Origin: a virus
Length of the DNA: 64,000 nucleotides
IMG/VR virus record: IMGVR_UViG_3300045988_062804
Strand: one strand, 5' to 3'
Shown: positions 50,213 through 57,566 of the stretch, piece after piece
Layout of the letters: each line of letters begins with the position of its first letter
How positions within the stretch are numbered: the first letter of the stretch is position 1
Notes under the pieces: model-generated
The model's input: the letters and a program-made list of their open reading frames with translations, nothing else
Database searches by the model: none
What the model was told of the DNA's origin: nothing
Program-made: the position numbers and the translations under genes

Positions 50213-52439
50213 TATAGTAGCTAAACAGGATAATACTAGAGTAACTAGACCTATTGTTCCAGAAATTATTAAGGCTAAACCTAGACAAGACCAGCTTATT
50301 GATTTGGGAGGAACACCATCTACTGATACCAGAACTGCTGCTGAGAGAAACAGAGACTACTGGCATTCTATTAAAGGAGCTAAGGAGAGGTTTAAATCTT
50401 CAATGAGGAATGAAACTAATCCATTAGTAGGCTTAGAAAGGACAGTAATGCCTGCAATGGCAGGAGCTGCATTAGTAACAACTCCAGCTACAGTACTGGG
50501 AGGATTATTAGGTAGTGAAACTGTTAATAATGCTACTGGTGGATTTGGACAATGGCTTGAAGGTAAGACTGGTATTCCGTCTGAAGTTGGAGAATATCTA
50601 AACCCAGGTGCAGTATACGGAGGAAGTAAAGGACTTAATATTACTAAGAATGGATTAGCTACTAAGTTTATTAAGGGAGATGCTGACTTAGGTTGGAATG
50701 CTCTTAATAAGAATCATTGGATATTTAATAGAGAAGCACGTACTCCTACTAACATTGCTATGGCTACTGCTAATAGAGTAATGCCATTCTTATCTAATGT
50801 AGAGAAGACTCCAGCTAGAGTTGCAGCTTATAAAGTAGGCAGAAGAACTAAAGGTAATGCTTCTGTATCTCTAAAGGATATAAAGAGTAATGAATCTACA
50901 TATACTGGTTCAGCAACACCAGAGGGTAATAATGGTGATAGGGACTTATTAGGAATGTATCTATTCAAGAATGACCCACTAATAAGTAGAAGTCCTTGGT
51001 TTCAAAGAGTAGCTCAATCATTTAAGCCAGCTAAGGGTCAAGGGTTCAGTCATGGTGAGAGGTATAATAAGTTATATCATGGTATTGAGAATAGAAGATA
51101 CCAAATGCAATCTGTAGTTAAAGATTCTAGACCATTAAGGTTTAGAGATATAGAAGAGTTCAATGAATACTCTAATGGTATAGGTAAGTTGCAAGGTAAG
51201 GAAGGTGATATGGTTATTGAAATGCCAGATGGATTCCAAACCTTTAGACAACCTGGTACTAATTATGCAGGACCAATAGATGATGTGGGAGGTCATGTTA
51301 TAAAGATTGACTACAATAATAAGGGCAAGCTTACTCAAATATCCCAAGATATGTGGAAATTTAATCCAGCTGACTATGCTAAAAGATGGTCTGGGAAGAA
51401 TGTAGCAGAAGGAGTAAGAGCTACTAAACAAGCTGCATTAATGGATAAGGTTGGAACTCCGTTTATATTACAACAAGAGAATCCTATTTATATAGGTAGT
51501 AGGAGAGTTTGGGATAGTATTAAGAGTATTCCTAAGAATCCATACATAAGAAGACAGCCTCTAATGCAAGGTTCATTATTAACTCTCAAGAAAGGTGGAA
51601 GTTTAGTATCAGATGGTAGGAGATTTAAGTTTAAGGATTCTACATTAGTAAGGAACTCTAAGACTCTTAATAACAAGAGAGACATGAGGAAGAAGTTCAT
51701 GAAGTCTGACAGACCTACATATTCTAATAATAGAGTTAGGAAGGGACAAGAAGGATTGAGGTTTACTAGGTATGATGCAATAGAAAGACCCACATTTAAT
51801 ATGGATAATACCTTTGAGGAGTATAGATTCCCAGTTGATAATGTACCTACACCTATTATTAATAAGGAAGTGGAAACTCCAGTAGATGTACAACAACCTG
51901 TTATTAAAGAAGAACAACCTATGAAGAGAGAACTATTTAACATTAAGCCATCTAAGGGTTTAGATGAATTTAATAAGTGGTATGATGAAGTAGAGCAAGA
52001 AGACCCAGAAGCTAAGAACTATAGACAGTTCCTTACTAAAATGGCTGAACAAGAATCTGGATTTAATAGTGCAATTCAGAATAGAGCTGGTGCCCCTGCT
52101 TATGGATATTTCCAATTCATGCAAGATGGTAAGAAATATAATAATATTTCTGCTTATGCTGGAACAGATGTAGATACATTTAGGAATAATCCTAAACTAC
52201 AGATTAAAGCTGCTATTAAATTAGCTAAGCAATTTGAAAGAGGGTTTAATAAACAAGATTTAGAGCTAGCTGCACAAAAAGGATATACTAAATTTGGATT
52301 GTTAGGTGGAGCATGGTTAGCTGGTAATGGTGGAGTTAGAAAGTATCTACAAGGATTGGCTAACCCATCTGATAAACATTGGAGTAAATCTGGAAGTGGA
52401 ACGGATGTAGCTAGTAGAATACAGATGTTTAATTTCTAA
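50184..52439 (+). CDS. large protein with C-terminal lytic transglycosylase (SLT) domain
   Basis: 751 aa. The C-terminal stretch MAEQESGFNSAIQNRAGAPAYGYFQFMQ carries the SLT catalytic E-S and GY.Q motifs. The N-terminal start is uncertain because it overlaps the HNH gene. Confidence 0.65.
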   Translation: MRIKKLQEGNIVAKQDNTRVTRPIVPEIIKAKPRQDQLIDLGGTPSTDTRTAAERNRDYWHSIKGAKERFKSSMRNETNPLVGLERTVMPAMAGAALVTTPATVLGGLLGSETVNNATGGFGQWLEGKTGIPSEVGEYLNPGAVYGGSKGLNITKNGLATKFIKGDADLGWNALNKNHWIFNREARTPTNIAMATANRVMPFLSNVEKTPARVAAYKVGRRTKGNASVSLKDIKSNESTYTGSATPEGNNGDRDLLGMYLFKNDPLISRSPWFQRVAQSFKPAKGQGFSHGERYNKLYHGIENRRYQMQSVVKDSRPLRFRDIEEFNEYSNGIGKLQGKEGDMVIEMPDGFQTFRQPGTNYAGPIDDVGGHVIKIDYNNKGKLTQISQDMWKFNPADYAKRWSGKNVAEGVRATKQAALMDKVGTPFILQQENPIYIGSRRVWDSIKSIPKNPYIRRQPLMQGSLLTLKKGGSLVSDGRRFKFKDSTLVRNSKTLNNKRDMRKKFMKSDRPTYSNNRVRKGQEGLRFTRYDAIERPTFNMDNTFEEYRFPVDNVPTPIINKEVETPVDVQQPVIKEEQPMKRELFNIKPSKGLDEFNKWYDEVEQEDPEAKNYRQFLTKMAEQESGFNSAIQNRAGAPAYGYFQFMQDGKKYNNISAYAGTDVDTFRNNPKLQIKAAIKLAKQFERGFNKQDLELAAQKGYTKFGLLGGAWLAGNGGVRKYLQGLANPSDKHWSKSGSGTDVASRIQMFNF

Positions 52440-52443
52440 GAAC

Positions 52444-52701
52444 ATGAAATTTATAACCTTTATAAAGGGGATGGTTACTTCACATTCTGGCATTAGTAGT
52501 AAGAGAGTATGTGGAGTATTAGGATGGATAGTAGCTATAGTAGTATTGTTATATTGTACTGTTCATGTTATCCAAGCCCCATTAATGATAGATACATTCT
52601 TAGTATGCTGTATGGCACTACTTGGTATAGATTCAATAACTGGTATCTGGAAGAAATTTGATAAACATGATAGACCAAATAAAGAAATTCCTGAAGAGTA
52701 A
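52444..52701 (+). CDS. small membrane protein (holin candidate)
   Basis: 85 aa with two predicted TM helices, downstream of the SLT-domain gene. Confidence 0.4.
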   Translation: MKFITFIKGMVTSHSGISSKRVCGVLGWIVAIVVLLYCTVHVIQAPLMIDTFLVCCMALLGIDSITGIWKKFDKHDRPNKEIPEE

Positions 52702-52900
52702 TAAAATATTACATATGATATGCTGTTTTGCTATTGTAGTAATATTTGGATTAATCTTAAATGTAGTTAGTGGAATTGCTCTAGCTCTAATAGCTTCATT
52801 TGGTAAAGAAGCCTATGATGAAGTAAAGTACAAAGGTTGGAGCTGGGATGATTTACTAGCAGATTTATTAGGAATAGTTTTAGGAATCTTAGTACTATGA
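52658..52900 (+). CDS. small membrane protein (holin/spanin candidate)
   Basis: 80 aa with TM helices at both ends. The start is uncertain and internal ATGs exist. Confidence 0.4.
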   Translation: MINMIDQIKKFLKSNKILHMICCFAIVVIFGLILNVVSGIALALIASFGKEAYDEVKYKGWSWDDLLADLLGIVLGILVL

Positions 52901-53088
52901 ATTATAATCAAGCTACACTCCATGCTGCCACTGGTAAGATATTAATGCTTCCAGGTTGGCACGGATACTTCTATTGGAACTATGGTACTAAAGAGTTGAA
53001 CTTTAGAGACGGTGATTATCATTTAGATGGGAAGCAATTACGAGATATGAACATTAGAGATAGGAATGATTGGTATTATATTACCTAA
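52897..53088 (+). CDS. hypothetical protein
   Basis: 63-aa ORF with an ATGA overlap with the preceding gene. Confidence 0.4.
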   Translation: MNYNQATLHAATGKILMLPGWHGYFYWNYGTKELNFRDGDYHLDGKQLRDMNIRDRNDWYYIT

Positions 53089-53118
53089 ATTTTATTAACA
53101 ATTAAACACAACACAATT

Positions 53119-53319
53119 ATGAGACATTTTATGATGGACGTTTGGATTTGGACAGAGGATAAACATTCTAAGCCATTAAAGACAATTAGATTTGAACAAG
53201 ACCATTTCCCTACCGAGAAGGAATGCTGGCATTGGTTTACTAAAGACGAAGATGTAGAAGTATATATGAAGAGTGGTATTTGTGTAAAATTCAATAATAT
53301 ACATGAGTATCAGAAATAA
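53119..53319 (+). CDS. hypothetical protein
   Basis: 66-aa ORF that ends just before a bidirectional terminator. Confidence 0.4.
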   Translation: MRHFMMDVWIWTEDKHSKPLKTIRFEQDHFPTEKECWHWFTKDEDVEVYMKSGICVKFNNIHEYQK

Positions 53320-53323
53320 ACAA

Positions 53324-53358
53324 AAAGGCGAGCCTAGCATTTAGCTAAGTTCGCCTTT
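53324..53358. terminator. bidirectional hairpin terminator between convergent genes
   Basis: Stem AAAGGCGA / TCGCCTTT with an inner CTAGC/GCTAG-type extension. An A-run lies on one side and a T-run on the other. It sits between the plus-strand gene ending at 53319 and the minus-strand gene ending at 53341. Confidence 0.6.
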
Positions 53359-53535
53359 AATTTTTACTGATAGTATTGAGTCTTCCCACTGTGTTGAGAA
53401 ATTCTTTAGAGCATATAATATATTCTCTCCGAGTCTATCTAAGGATGATTCTACCTCATTATATGGAAATGGGTCTATAACGCCATAGTCTATACCATAT
53501 CCTCTAGTTCCTATTACTGTTATAATGAATTGCAT
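53341..53535 (-). CDS. hypothetical protein
   Basis: 64-aa ORF, the last gene of the minus-strand small-gene block. Confidence 0.4.
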   Translation of the reverse strand: MQFIITVIGTRGYGIDYGVIDPFPYNEVESSLDRLGENILYALKNFSTQWEDSILSVKIKGELS

Positions 53536-53804
53536 CTTCCTACAAATACAAGAATCGGATAACCATCTTCATCTAATTCCTCATTATACATCTTGTTAGA
53601 TGTCAAGTTAGAGTAACATACTTCTAGTTCTACTGCTGGATATTTAAGATAGTCCCAGCCTGGATGTATATAAGCTCTTTCTTGTATAGCTCTACACTTT
53701 AGATTGTAGAGTGCAGGAGGCATTGGATTAGAATAATTAAGAACAGCTAAATTAAATAATGCTGCACCCTTCTCACCAGTTATAAATGTAAATTGATTAC
53801 TCAT
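53520..53804 (-). CDS. hypothetical protein
   Basis: 94-aa ORF with overlapping junctions. Confidence 0.45.
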   Translation of the reverse strand: MSNQFTFITGEKGAALFNLAVLNYSNPMPPALYNLKCRAIQERAYIHPGWDYLKYPAVELEVCYSNLTSNKMYNEELDEDGYPILVFVGRCNSL

Positions 53805-54009
53805 AATATAATATTTTACCGTAATAAGTTCCTTGTATGCTAATGCAGCAATCAGCTTGTCTTAAGAACATTTCATTATTCTTTGCCTCTACTGGAGCAA
53901 TTATATATGATACATGATGACCTCTCAGCTTACTAGCTATACTGTTATCTAAATCACCTTTCTCTATTAAAAGAACTTTGTCAGACCTATCATCCCTGAA
54001 TACTTTCAT
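53797..54009 (-). CDS. hypothetical protein
   Basis: 70-aa ORF. Confidence 0.4.
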   Translation of the reverse strand: MKVFRDDRSDKVLLIEKGDLDNSIASKLRGHHVSYIIAPVEAKNNEMFLRQADCCISIQGTYYGKILYYE

Positions 54010-54211
54010 CCTTAGTCTTTATATATAGTTGGCAATGGCACATGCCCTCTTCCATTTCTCTAAACTCTTTACACATACATACTGTATTATCGTCCCTTAC
54101 TAAGGAGCAAGGACAGTATCTTTTACCATACTTCTCCTTGTTCCTTTGTAAGCCTGCTAATACAGCTTCCTTTATTTCTTTATTGTCAGTAATTCTTACC
54201 ATATGTTTCAA
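53990..54211 (-). CDS. ferredoxin-thioredoxin-reductase catalytic-chain-like Cys-rich protein
   Basis: 73 aa. The spacing in RYCPCSLVRDDNTVCMCKEFREMEEGMCHCQLY matches the CPC...C.C...C.C.L pattern of FTR beta subunits. Confidence 0.45.
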   Translation of the reverse strand: MKHMVRITDNKEIKEAVLAGLQRNKEKYGKRYCPCSLVRDDNTVCMCKEFREMEEGMCHCQLYIKTKDESIQG

Positions 54212-54395
54212 TTTCTAACGCTCTTCTCTTGTCATTCTTTATCAATTCTGCCATCTGTTCATAAGCCTTGGCTAAGTGCATATGTAATAACTCCTCAGCA
54301 ATTTGAGGATTAGTGGGGACTGTATGAGAAATTTGTACCGTTCTGTCTCCTTCTCGAAGGACTATATAGCACATTCTATCCCTGTAGTATATCAT
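54186..54395 (-). CDS. hypothetical protein
   Basis: 69-aa ORF. Confidence 0.4.
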   Translation of the reverse strand: MIYYRDRMCYIVLREGDRTVQISHTVPTNPQIAEELLHMHLAKAYEQMAELIKNDKRRALEIETYGKNY

Positions 54396-54538
54396 TTATT
54401 CTTCAGCTTTTCTTCTAGCTCAGCTATCCTCTTCTTTAAAGAATCATTCTCTTTAGCTAGTTCTATGTTATCATTCTTAACCTGTTCTGCCTTCTTCATA
54501 AACTCTTCTACACCCTGCTCAAACAGAGTTAGATTCAT
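54392..54538 (-). CDS. hypothetical 48-aa coiled-coil protein (below the ORF-track cutoff)
   Basis: MNLTLFEQGVEEFMKKAEQVKNDNIELAKENDSLKKRIAELEEKLKNK. It fills the gap exactly: its ATG is 1 nt after the upstream stop, and it has an ATGA overlap with the downstream start. Confidence 0.45.
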   Translation of the reverse strand: MNLTLFEQGVEEFMKKAEQVKNDNIELAKENDSLKKRIAELEEKLKNK

Positions 54539-54539
54539 T

Positions 54540-54929
54540 TTAATTTGTCTGATTTCTGGAATCATTGTTAAACTTATCCTCTAGTTCATTAATAATTCTG
54601 TGAAGACTTGGAATCTTACTTGTAATAATACTATCCAAGTAATCTTTAATATCATCCAGAGTCATTGCATCAAATTCATCTTTAGATAAATTACGTGATT
54701 CAATTGTCTCTATAAATACATCAATAGCATCTTTAATAGCCTGTTTGTCTCTTAGTAGCTGTTCATGCGTTAGATGAACATTAGTAATCTTAGAGAACAA
54801 TGCTGGATACTTAGTAAATATCTCTTCCAATTCTTCATCACTAATTAGCTGTAATAGTTCTACAGCTTTATTATAGAGTACTTGTGCCTCTACAACATCA
54901 TACTTATCAAGTATAGCTTTTAATTGCAT
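54540..54929 (-). CDS. hypothetical protein
   Basis: 129-aa helical ORF. Confidence 0.5.
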   Translation of the reverse strand: MQLKAILDKYDVVEAQVLYNKAVELLQLISDEELEEIFTKYPALFSKITNVHLTHEQLLRDKQAIKDAIDVFIETIESRNLSKDEFDAMTLDDIKDYLDSIITSKIPSLHRIINELEDKFNNDSRNQTN

Positions 54930-55132
54930 AGATTTCTGTAAATATTAGATAGTGTTAGACAATGCTCAATATTAGCACCATTCTCTAGTCCTGATATGAT
55001 TTTATCTAATACTGTCAGTTTAGCCACCATAGCCTTACCCCATACAATAGAATCCTCTTTAGGTTCGCAAGAACCACACTGACATTTACAACCTTCTTCT
55101 GTTGTTACAATTTCTTTTACTTCTTTAGCCAT
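54920..55132 (-). CDS. hypothetical Cys-rich protein
   Basis: 70 aa with CKCQCGSCEP. It is the first gene of the minus-strand small-gene block. Confidence 0.45.
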   Translation of the reverse strand: MAKEVKEIVTTEEGCKCQCGSCEPKEDSIVWGKAMVAKLTVLDKIISGLENGANIEHCLTLSNIYRNLCN

Positions 55133-55184
55133 AATTCAAAATTTTATAATTAATACGTTATTTCTTCCTTATTGTTTGGTAATA

Positions 55185-55192
55185 CAAAGATA
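55185..55192 (-). promoter_or_regulatory. Bacteroidota-type -7 box (TATCTTTG)
   Basis: Minus-strand TATCTTTG (TAnnTTTG) lies 53 nt upstream of the ATG at 55132. Confidence 0.35.
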
Positions 55193-55344
55193 ATACATTC
55201 TAAATAGATTACCTAATGAGTTATACTTAAATATACTTAATATAGGTGAACTCAATTACTAGGTACTCCAAAAATACGCCCCTCCCCATTGAGGTGACCA
55301 GTCAATAAATATTTGAGTTTTATTGGTAGATAATTGTTAGATTC

Positions 55345-55360
55345 GCAATTCGCGAATTGC
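55345..55360. promoter_or_regulatory. perfect 16-bp palindrome GCAATTCGCGAATTGC in the divergent control region
   Basis: The sequence is self-complementary. It is the only such G+C-containing palindrome in the 450-bp ORF-free divergent region. Confidence 0.4.
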
Positions 55361-55497
55361 AAATTCTTTAGTCTGAGTTTGTTATGAGATATGTAGTAAG
55401 TGAAATGAGGTGTATTATGAAAGGGAGGGTAGTGTACTACAAAACGCCCCCTCTGGGTTACTCAAGAAAAATCAAAAAGTTTTAGAGAATTGTCCTG

Positions 55498-55572
55498 TAC
55501 TATTACTAATATATTTCATCAGTCTTTGCTTGAATTGTTGAACTTAAAACCTTGCGGTGTAGAGGTGAACCG
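55498..55572 (+). promoter_or_regulatory. conserved early promoter/leader element, copy 1 (TACTATTACT ... TTGAATTGTTGAACTT ... CGGT-loop-ACCG hairpin)
   Basis: One of three ~75-nt elements with the same order and spacing. It ends 11 nt before the ATG of micro-ORF 55583. Confidence 0.55.
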
Positions 55573-55582
55573 TCATACAGTC

Positions 55583-55663
55583 ATGCAAACTACATACGTT
55601 TTATTCAATGGTGTTTTGGTTACTTTACAAGAGTACAAAGAAATGATTGCAGAGCAACAATAG
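55583..55663 (+). CDS. micro-ORF, 26 aa (MQTTYVLFNGVLVTLQEYKEMIAEQQ)
   Basis: Preceded by the conserved leader element and followed by a hairpin terminator. It has a paralog at 55797..55874. Confidence 0.5.
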   Translation: MQTTYVLFNGVLVTLQEYKEMIAEQQ

Positions 55664-55676
55664 TGCTCTGCTTTCA

Positions 55677-55710
55677 AAAGGGAGATTGTCTCCCTTTAAT
55701 TCTTTTCTTT
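55677..55710 (+). terminator. hairpin terminator
   Basis: GGGAGA-TTG-TCTCCC followed by a T-rich tract. Confidence 0.55.
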
Positions 55711-55714
55711 TATA

Positions 55715-55785
55715 TACTATTACTTGTTATATATCTTCATTATGGTTTTGATTATTAACTTAGGCTTTGCGGTTGTGTGTAACCG
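55715..55785 (+). promoter_or_regulatory. conserved early promoter/leader element, copy 2
   Basis: TACTATTACT at 55715, TTGATTATTAACTT at 55748, hairpin CGGTT-GTGTGT-AACCG at 55770..55785. It ends 12 nt before the ATG at 55797. Confidence 0.55.
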
Positions 55786-55796
55786 TTATCAGAATT

Positions 55797-55874
55797 ATGA
55801 ATACGACATACGTTCTTTATTGTGGTGCATTGATTACTTTAGCTGAATACAAAGCAATCATCGCTGAACAGTAG
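55797..55874 (+). CDS. micro-ORF, 25 aa (MNTTYVLYCGALITLAEYKAIIAEQ)
   Basis: Paralog of 55583..55663 with the same leader element and its own terminator. Confidence 0.5.
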   Translation: MNTTYVLYCGALITLAEYKAIIAEQ

Positions 55875-55881
55875 CATTAAT

Positions 55882-55910
55882 GGGAGTGGCGACACTCCCT
55901 TATTTTTTTT
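55882..55910 (+). terminator. rho-independent terminator
   Basis: GGGAGTG-GCGA-CACTCCC (GNRA loop) followed by T8. Confidence 0.7.
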
Positions 55911-55928
55911 ACTTTAACATTTAACAAT

Positions 55929-56096
55929 ATGATTGAGAAGATTATCAATGGAACTTATAAAGCAAAGCTATTAAAGAAGAGACTTTGCGATGTGAAGATT
56001 ATTGTTTGGGGTAATGGAGAACCTAAGACAATCGAACAAGTGAGTTACAATGAATATAACATCATTGAACCATACTTAGTTAAAGAGGGAGAGTAA
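55929..56096 (+). CDS. hypothetical 55-aa protein (below the ORF-track cutoff)
   Basis: MIEKIINGTYKAKLLKKRLCDVKIIVWGNGEPKTIEQVSYNEYNIIEPYLVKEGE. Its stop is embedded in a terminator hairpin. Confidence 0.45.
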   Translation: MIEKIINGTYKAKLLKKRLCDVKIIVWGNGEPKTIEQVSYNEYNIIEPYLVKEGE

Positions 56097-56109
56097 TCTC
56101 CCTTATTTT
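56086..56109 (+). terminator. hairpin terminator
   Basis: GGGAGA-GTAA-TCTCCC followed by TTATTTT. Confidence 0.55.
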
Positions 56110-56130
56110 CTAATCATTAATACTTATCTT

Positions 56131-56304
56131 ATGAATACATTAACAGACAAAGAACTTAATGACTTACTATCATTAATGGTTATGGTTGGGCAACAACCAT
56201 CTATTAAAGCTTATGACCTTCTTGACCCATATTATGGAAAGGTCTCTCAGGAGGTGTGGGAACATGCTAACACTCTCATTCAGTTAAGACTAAGACAGGG
56301 TTAA
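56131..56304 (+). CDS. hypothetical 57-aa protein (below the ORF-track cutoff)
   Basis: MNTLTDKELNDLLSLMVMVGQQPSIKAYDLLDPYYGKVSQEVWEHANTLIQLRLRQG. The terminator overlaps its stop. Confidence 0.45.
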   Translation: MNTLTDKELNDLLSLMVMVGQQPSIKAYDLLDPYYGKVSQEVWEHANTLIQLRLRQG

Positions 56305-56320
56305 TCCCTGTTTTAGTTTT
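56296..56320 (+). terminator. hairpin terminator
   Basis: CAGGG-TTAAT-CCCTG followed by TTTTAGTTTTT. Confidence 0.55.
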
Positions 56321-56329
56321 TGAATAATA

Positions 56330-56404
56330 TACTATTACTTAATTAATATCTTCAGAATATCCTTGAATTATTAACTTTCCCTTTTACGGTGTGGGTAAAA
56401 CCGT
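56330..56404 (+). promoter_or_regulatory. conserved early promoter/leader element, copy 3
   Basis: TACTATTACT at 56330, TTGAATTATTAACTT at 56363, hairpin ACGGT-loop-ACCGT at 56386..56404. It ends 10 nt before the ATG at 56414. Confidence 0.55.
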
Positions 56405-56413
56405 TAGAAGCAT

Positions 56414-56935
56414 ATGGATACATTATTCAGCTTTGCAATCGAGTACAACAAGGCATTCTGTGCCAAGTTAGGTGTTGAGATTAAGACTGGCTTAGATGCC
56501 TTCGAGTCTAACGACACAGTTGTGCGGCGTTCCTTAGAGGACGCAATGTTTCACGTTGGTGACATCGTGGAAATACCTGCAAAGGATAGTGACCAATGGG
56601 TTTCGTGTCCCGTAGCTAAAGGAGGCAATGCAGTGGTTCGTCCAGTCTGCAAGGTCACCGCATCAGACGGGACAGTTACAGCACGCGAGCTGTTTTACGG
56701 TACACTCACCAAATCGGTGCAGAATCGTGAGACGAAGCAGACCGTAGCTGTTACTGGCACGATTGTCGACGAACTTCGCAACTGCATCATGCAGAAGGAA
56801 GGTTGGTTGAAATTGTGCGGCAAGAAGCTCAAGGTGACCAATGCAGTCGAGGTGCCAATCATCCGAAGAGGGTGGAATGGGCAGCCAGACAGAGCTACCA
56901 CAACCACAGTCTACAGCATAGACGTGGTTGCCTAA
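56414..56935 (+). CDS. hypothetical 173-aa protein, G+C-rich paralog A
   Basis: Clear paralog of 57567..58097 (shared VTASDGT, KSVQNRETKQ.V.VTG, VPIIRRG.NGQPDR). It is visibly more G+C-rich than the rest of the window, which also explains the spurious antisense ORFs here. Confidence 0.7.
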   Translation: MDTLFSFAIEYNKAFCAKLGVEIKTGLDAFESNDTVVRRSLEDAMFHVGDIVEIPAKDSDQWVSCPVAKGGNAVVRPVCKVTASDGTVTARELFYGTLTKSVQNRETKQTVAVTGTIVDELRNCIMQKEGWLKLCGKKLKVTNAVEVPIIRRGWNGQPDRATTTTVYSIDVVA

Positions 56936-56941
56936 CACAAT

Positions 56942-56973
56942 GGAGAGTGGTGACAGCACTCTCCTTTCTTTTT
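56942..56973 (+). terminator. rho-independent terminator
   Basis: GGAGAGTG-GTGACAG-CACTCTCC followed by TTTCTTTTT. Confidence 0.7.
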
Positions 56974-56996
56974 AAAACAATTAAATACATTATATT

Positions 56997-57272
56997 ATGC
57001 AAACTAAAGAATCAGTTGAAAGACAATACGAACTATTGAAAGAACTCTATGGAATACAATCAAGGGGTTGGTCTATGCTACATGAACGATTTAACAGATA
57101 TGTGTTCTGTGAAGCTAATCGTAAATCACTTATTACTGAATACCTAATGTGGGAGGAGTTCGTAGAAGATGCTAAGAAACTTGGGGTAGTCTATTATTAT
57201 GGGATTGACCTATTTCTTAAAGAATACAAGAATGCAGTCTATTCTTGTTTAACTGGATTAGGGGGAGACTAA
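56997..57272 (+). CDS. hypothetical protein
   Basis: 91-aa ORF whose stop lies within the following terminator hairpin. Confidence 0.5.
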   Translation: MQTKESVERQYELLKELYGIQSRGWSMLHERFNRYVFCEANRKSLITEYLMWEEFVEDAKKLGVVYYYGIDLFLKEYKNAVYSCLTGLGGD

Positions 57273-57284
57273 CAATCTCCCTTT
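57263..57284 (+). terminator. hairpin terminator
   Basis: GGGAGA-CTAACAA-TCTCCC followed by TTT. Confidence 0.5.
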
Positions 57285-57566
57285 AAAACTTTCTAATGCT
57301 ACATCCTTATACTAGTACTCCTCACATCCTCGATATGTATTTGAATAAAATAATATACTAAATACTTTTATGTATTGGTGTATTAGTTTATTCAAACTCA
57401 TTCAGGGTGAGTATAAATAAAATCTGGTTATGGTGCTAAATCTTAACGCACTACTCTTTGTGTTCTGGAGTATAAACTAAACGTGGTTAATCATTAGGAG
57501 AGCACTATATGTTGGCAGCCTGGAAAGACAGGCAATATTGTTAAACTCAAATAAATTTTAAAGATT

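Noticed and set aside
51135-51943. Three minus-strand ORFs inside the 751-aa transglycosylase gene
   Set aside because: They are nested antisense in a long, well-supported CDS and encode hydrophobic low-complexity translations.
55552-55758. 68-aa plus-strand ORF spanning the micro-ORF region
   Set aside because: It needs a non-ATG start inside the leader hairpin. It also reads straight through a terminator hairpin and the next promoter element. The short paralogous micro-ORFs explain the conservation better.
56663-56959. Minus-strand ORFs (98 and 70 aa) and the plus-strand ORF 56803..57039 overlapping G+C-rich paralog A; similar antisense ORFs at 57602..57871 and 61285..61605
   Set aside because: The higher G+C removes stop codons on the antisense strand. 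These ORFs have no paralog support, no signals, and Ser/Leu/Pro-rich artefact-like sequences.
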